From contig RHPI01002262.1 in NCBI GenBank assembly GCA_009103225.1, positions 785,213-849,212 of the forward strand: a stretch of 64,000 bases of DNA, in the 5' to 3' direction. The position numbers and the translations under genes are program-made. This document shows, one piece after another, positions 63,049 through 64,000 of this stretch. The notes below the pieces were generated by a model. It was given only the letters and a program-made list of their open reading frames with translations. It was not told the origin of the DNA and did no database searches. Numbering within the stretch: the first letter of the stretch is position 1; every line of letters starts with the position of its first letter. This DNA is from Chlorokybus atmophyticus (taxonomy: Eukaryota > Plantae > Mesostigma and Chlorokybus algae).

Positions 63049-63655
63049 GCTGCAGCAACTGTGTCGTTCAGATCAATGCTTTAGTGCTTTTTCAACCAAT
63101 CTACGTGTCACCTACAAAGGATGGAACTTTGCATGCTACAAGATTGGAACGTGTATGCGTATGTGCCGCTGCATAGCATGCACACACTGTAGCAGAATAT
63201 ACACTGACATTCGAGTGTATGGTAATTGGCGCCATATACAGCCACATGTACGTACATACAATCAAGTACAACCAAATTGTTTGCATATTCTGCATTTAAC
63301 ACAACATCACACTTCGCTAGCACTGGCAGAATACCAAATGTATTGATCCCTGACGCGATCAACTCATAAACTTACTTCTAAGTAGCAAAGGCCGATGCAA
63401 GTACAGCAGTCCTCGCAGCGTGCTATGCCTTTGGCTCTGGCATCGGATGAGAATGTTGACGGTGTTGTCGTTGGTGTTGGTGATGTTGATGATGATGTTG
63501 ACGTCTGCGGTATGCTTGCAAGCTGCTTTTATGATGCTGCATTACGCCGCCCCCCATGGAAGGCAAGCCTCATCCTTCAGCGAGCCGAATGGATTGTTGT
63601 TGACTTTCGACTGAAACCTTTGATCAGCCAAGCAGCTGGCCATCCCTTTTACAAT

Positions 63656-63687
63656 TAGCTATCTCAACGTATACGTTGAGATAGCTA
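63656..63687. repeat. Perfect 32-bp palindrome
   Basis: tagctatctcaacgtatacgttgagatagcta equals its own reverse complement. Confidence 0.97.
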
Positions 63688-64000
63688 CTTGATTGAACTG
63701 ACTGGTTGTTATGTTGATTGCATGCAGTTCCGCCTGGCTAAGCTACACATCCTCCAACATTGTTGCCACAAGTGTTGGGGTTTGATGTGCGTAATGTCTG
63801 CTTGTTTTTTGCTCTCCTCCTTACCGTGCTTGGGGGAAACTGTCCGTGATGAACCGGATGGACCTGGCTTAGGCACAGGCACATTCAAGTTGCTGTGTTT
63901 GTTGGGTGCCACTGCATCTCACGGTATGCGGCGGCCCGCTCCACCAAACACAAGCAACGATGGCCGCCGCATACCGTAACTTAGCGTAACCTGGATACAC

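Overview
Intron-rich, gene-dense eukaryotic nuclear DNA from a green alga (Viridiplantae). Evidence for this is plastid-targeted SufC, PPase and ISA2, REM-type B3 genes, and a plant-type 6 kDa ATP synthase subunit. That subunit argues against Chlorophyceae, so a streptophyte alga or other non-chlorophycean is inferred. Layout: 1-3.9 kb is the right part of an intact-looking DIRS/kangaroo-type tyrosine-recombinase retrotransposon. 4.3-53.8 kb holds 13 spliced host genes, 12 of them in head-to-head pairs: RNase T2, a coiled-coil protein, two B3-Tudor paralogs, a K/E-rich protein, DUF218, SufC, a small zf-XS-like protein, a GT2-GH8 fusion, ATP synthase 6 kDa subunit, PPase, Cpn10, eIF2-alpha and ISA2. 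54-64 kb is a degenerate repeat and TE-rich zone. The standout is a roughly 25-exon minus-strand gene (39238-30662). It splices in frame from a BcsA/CesA-like GT2 synthase into a complete Rex-type GH8 glycoside hydrolase domain whose catalytic residues appear to be replaced. All exon structures were assembled by eye from GT/GC-AG sites and frame continuity, family assignments come from remembered motifs, and no database searches were run.
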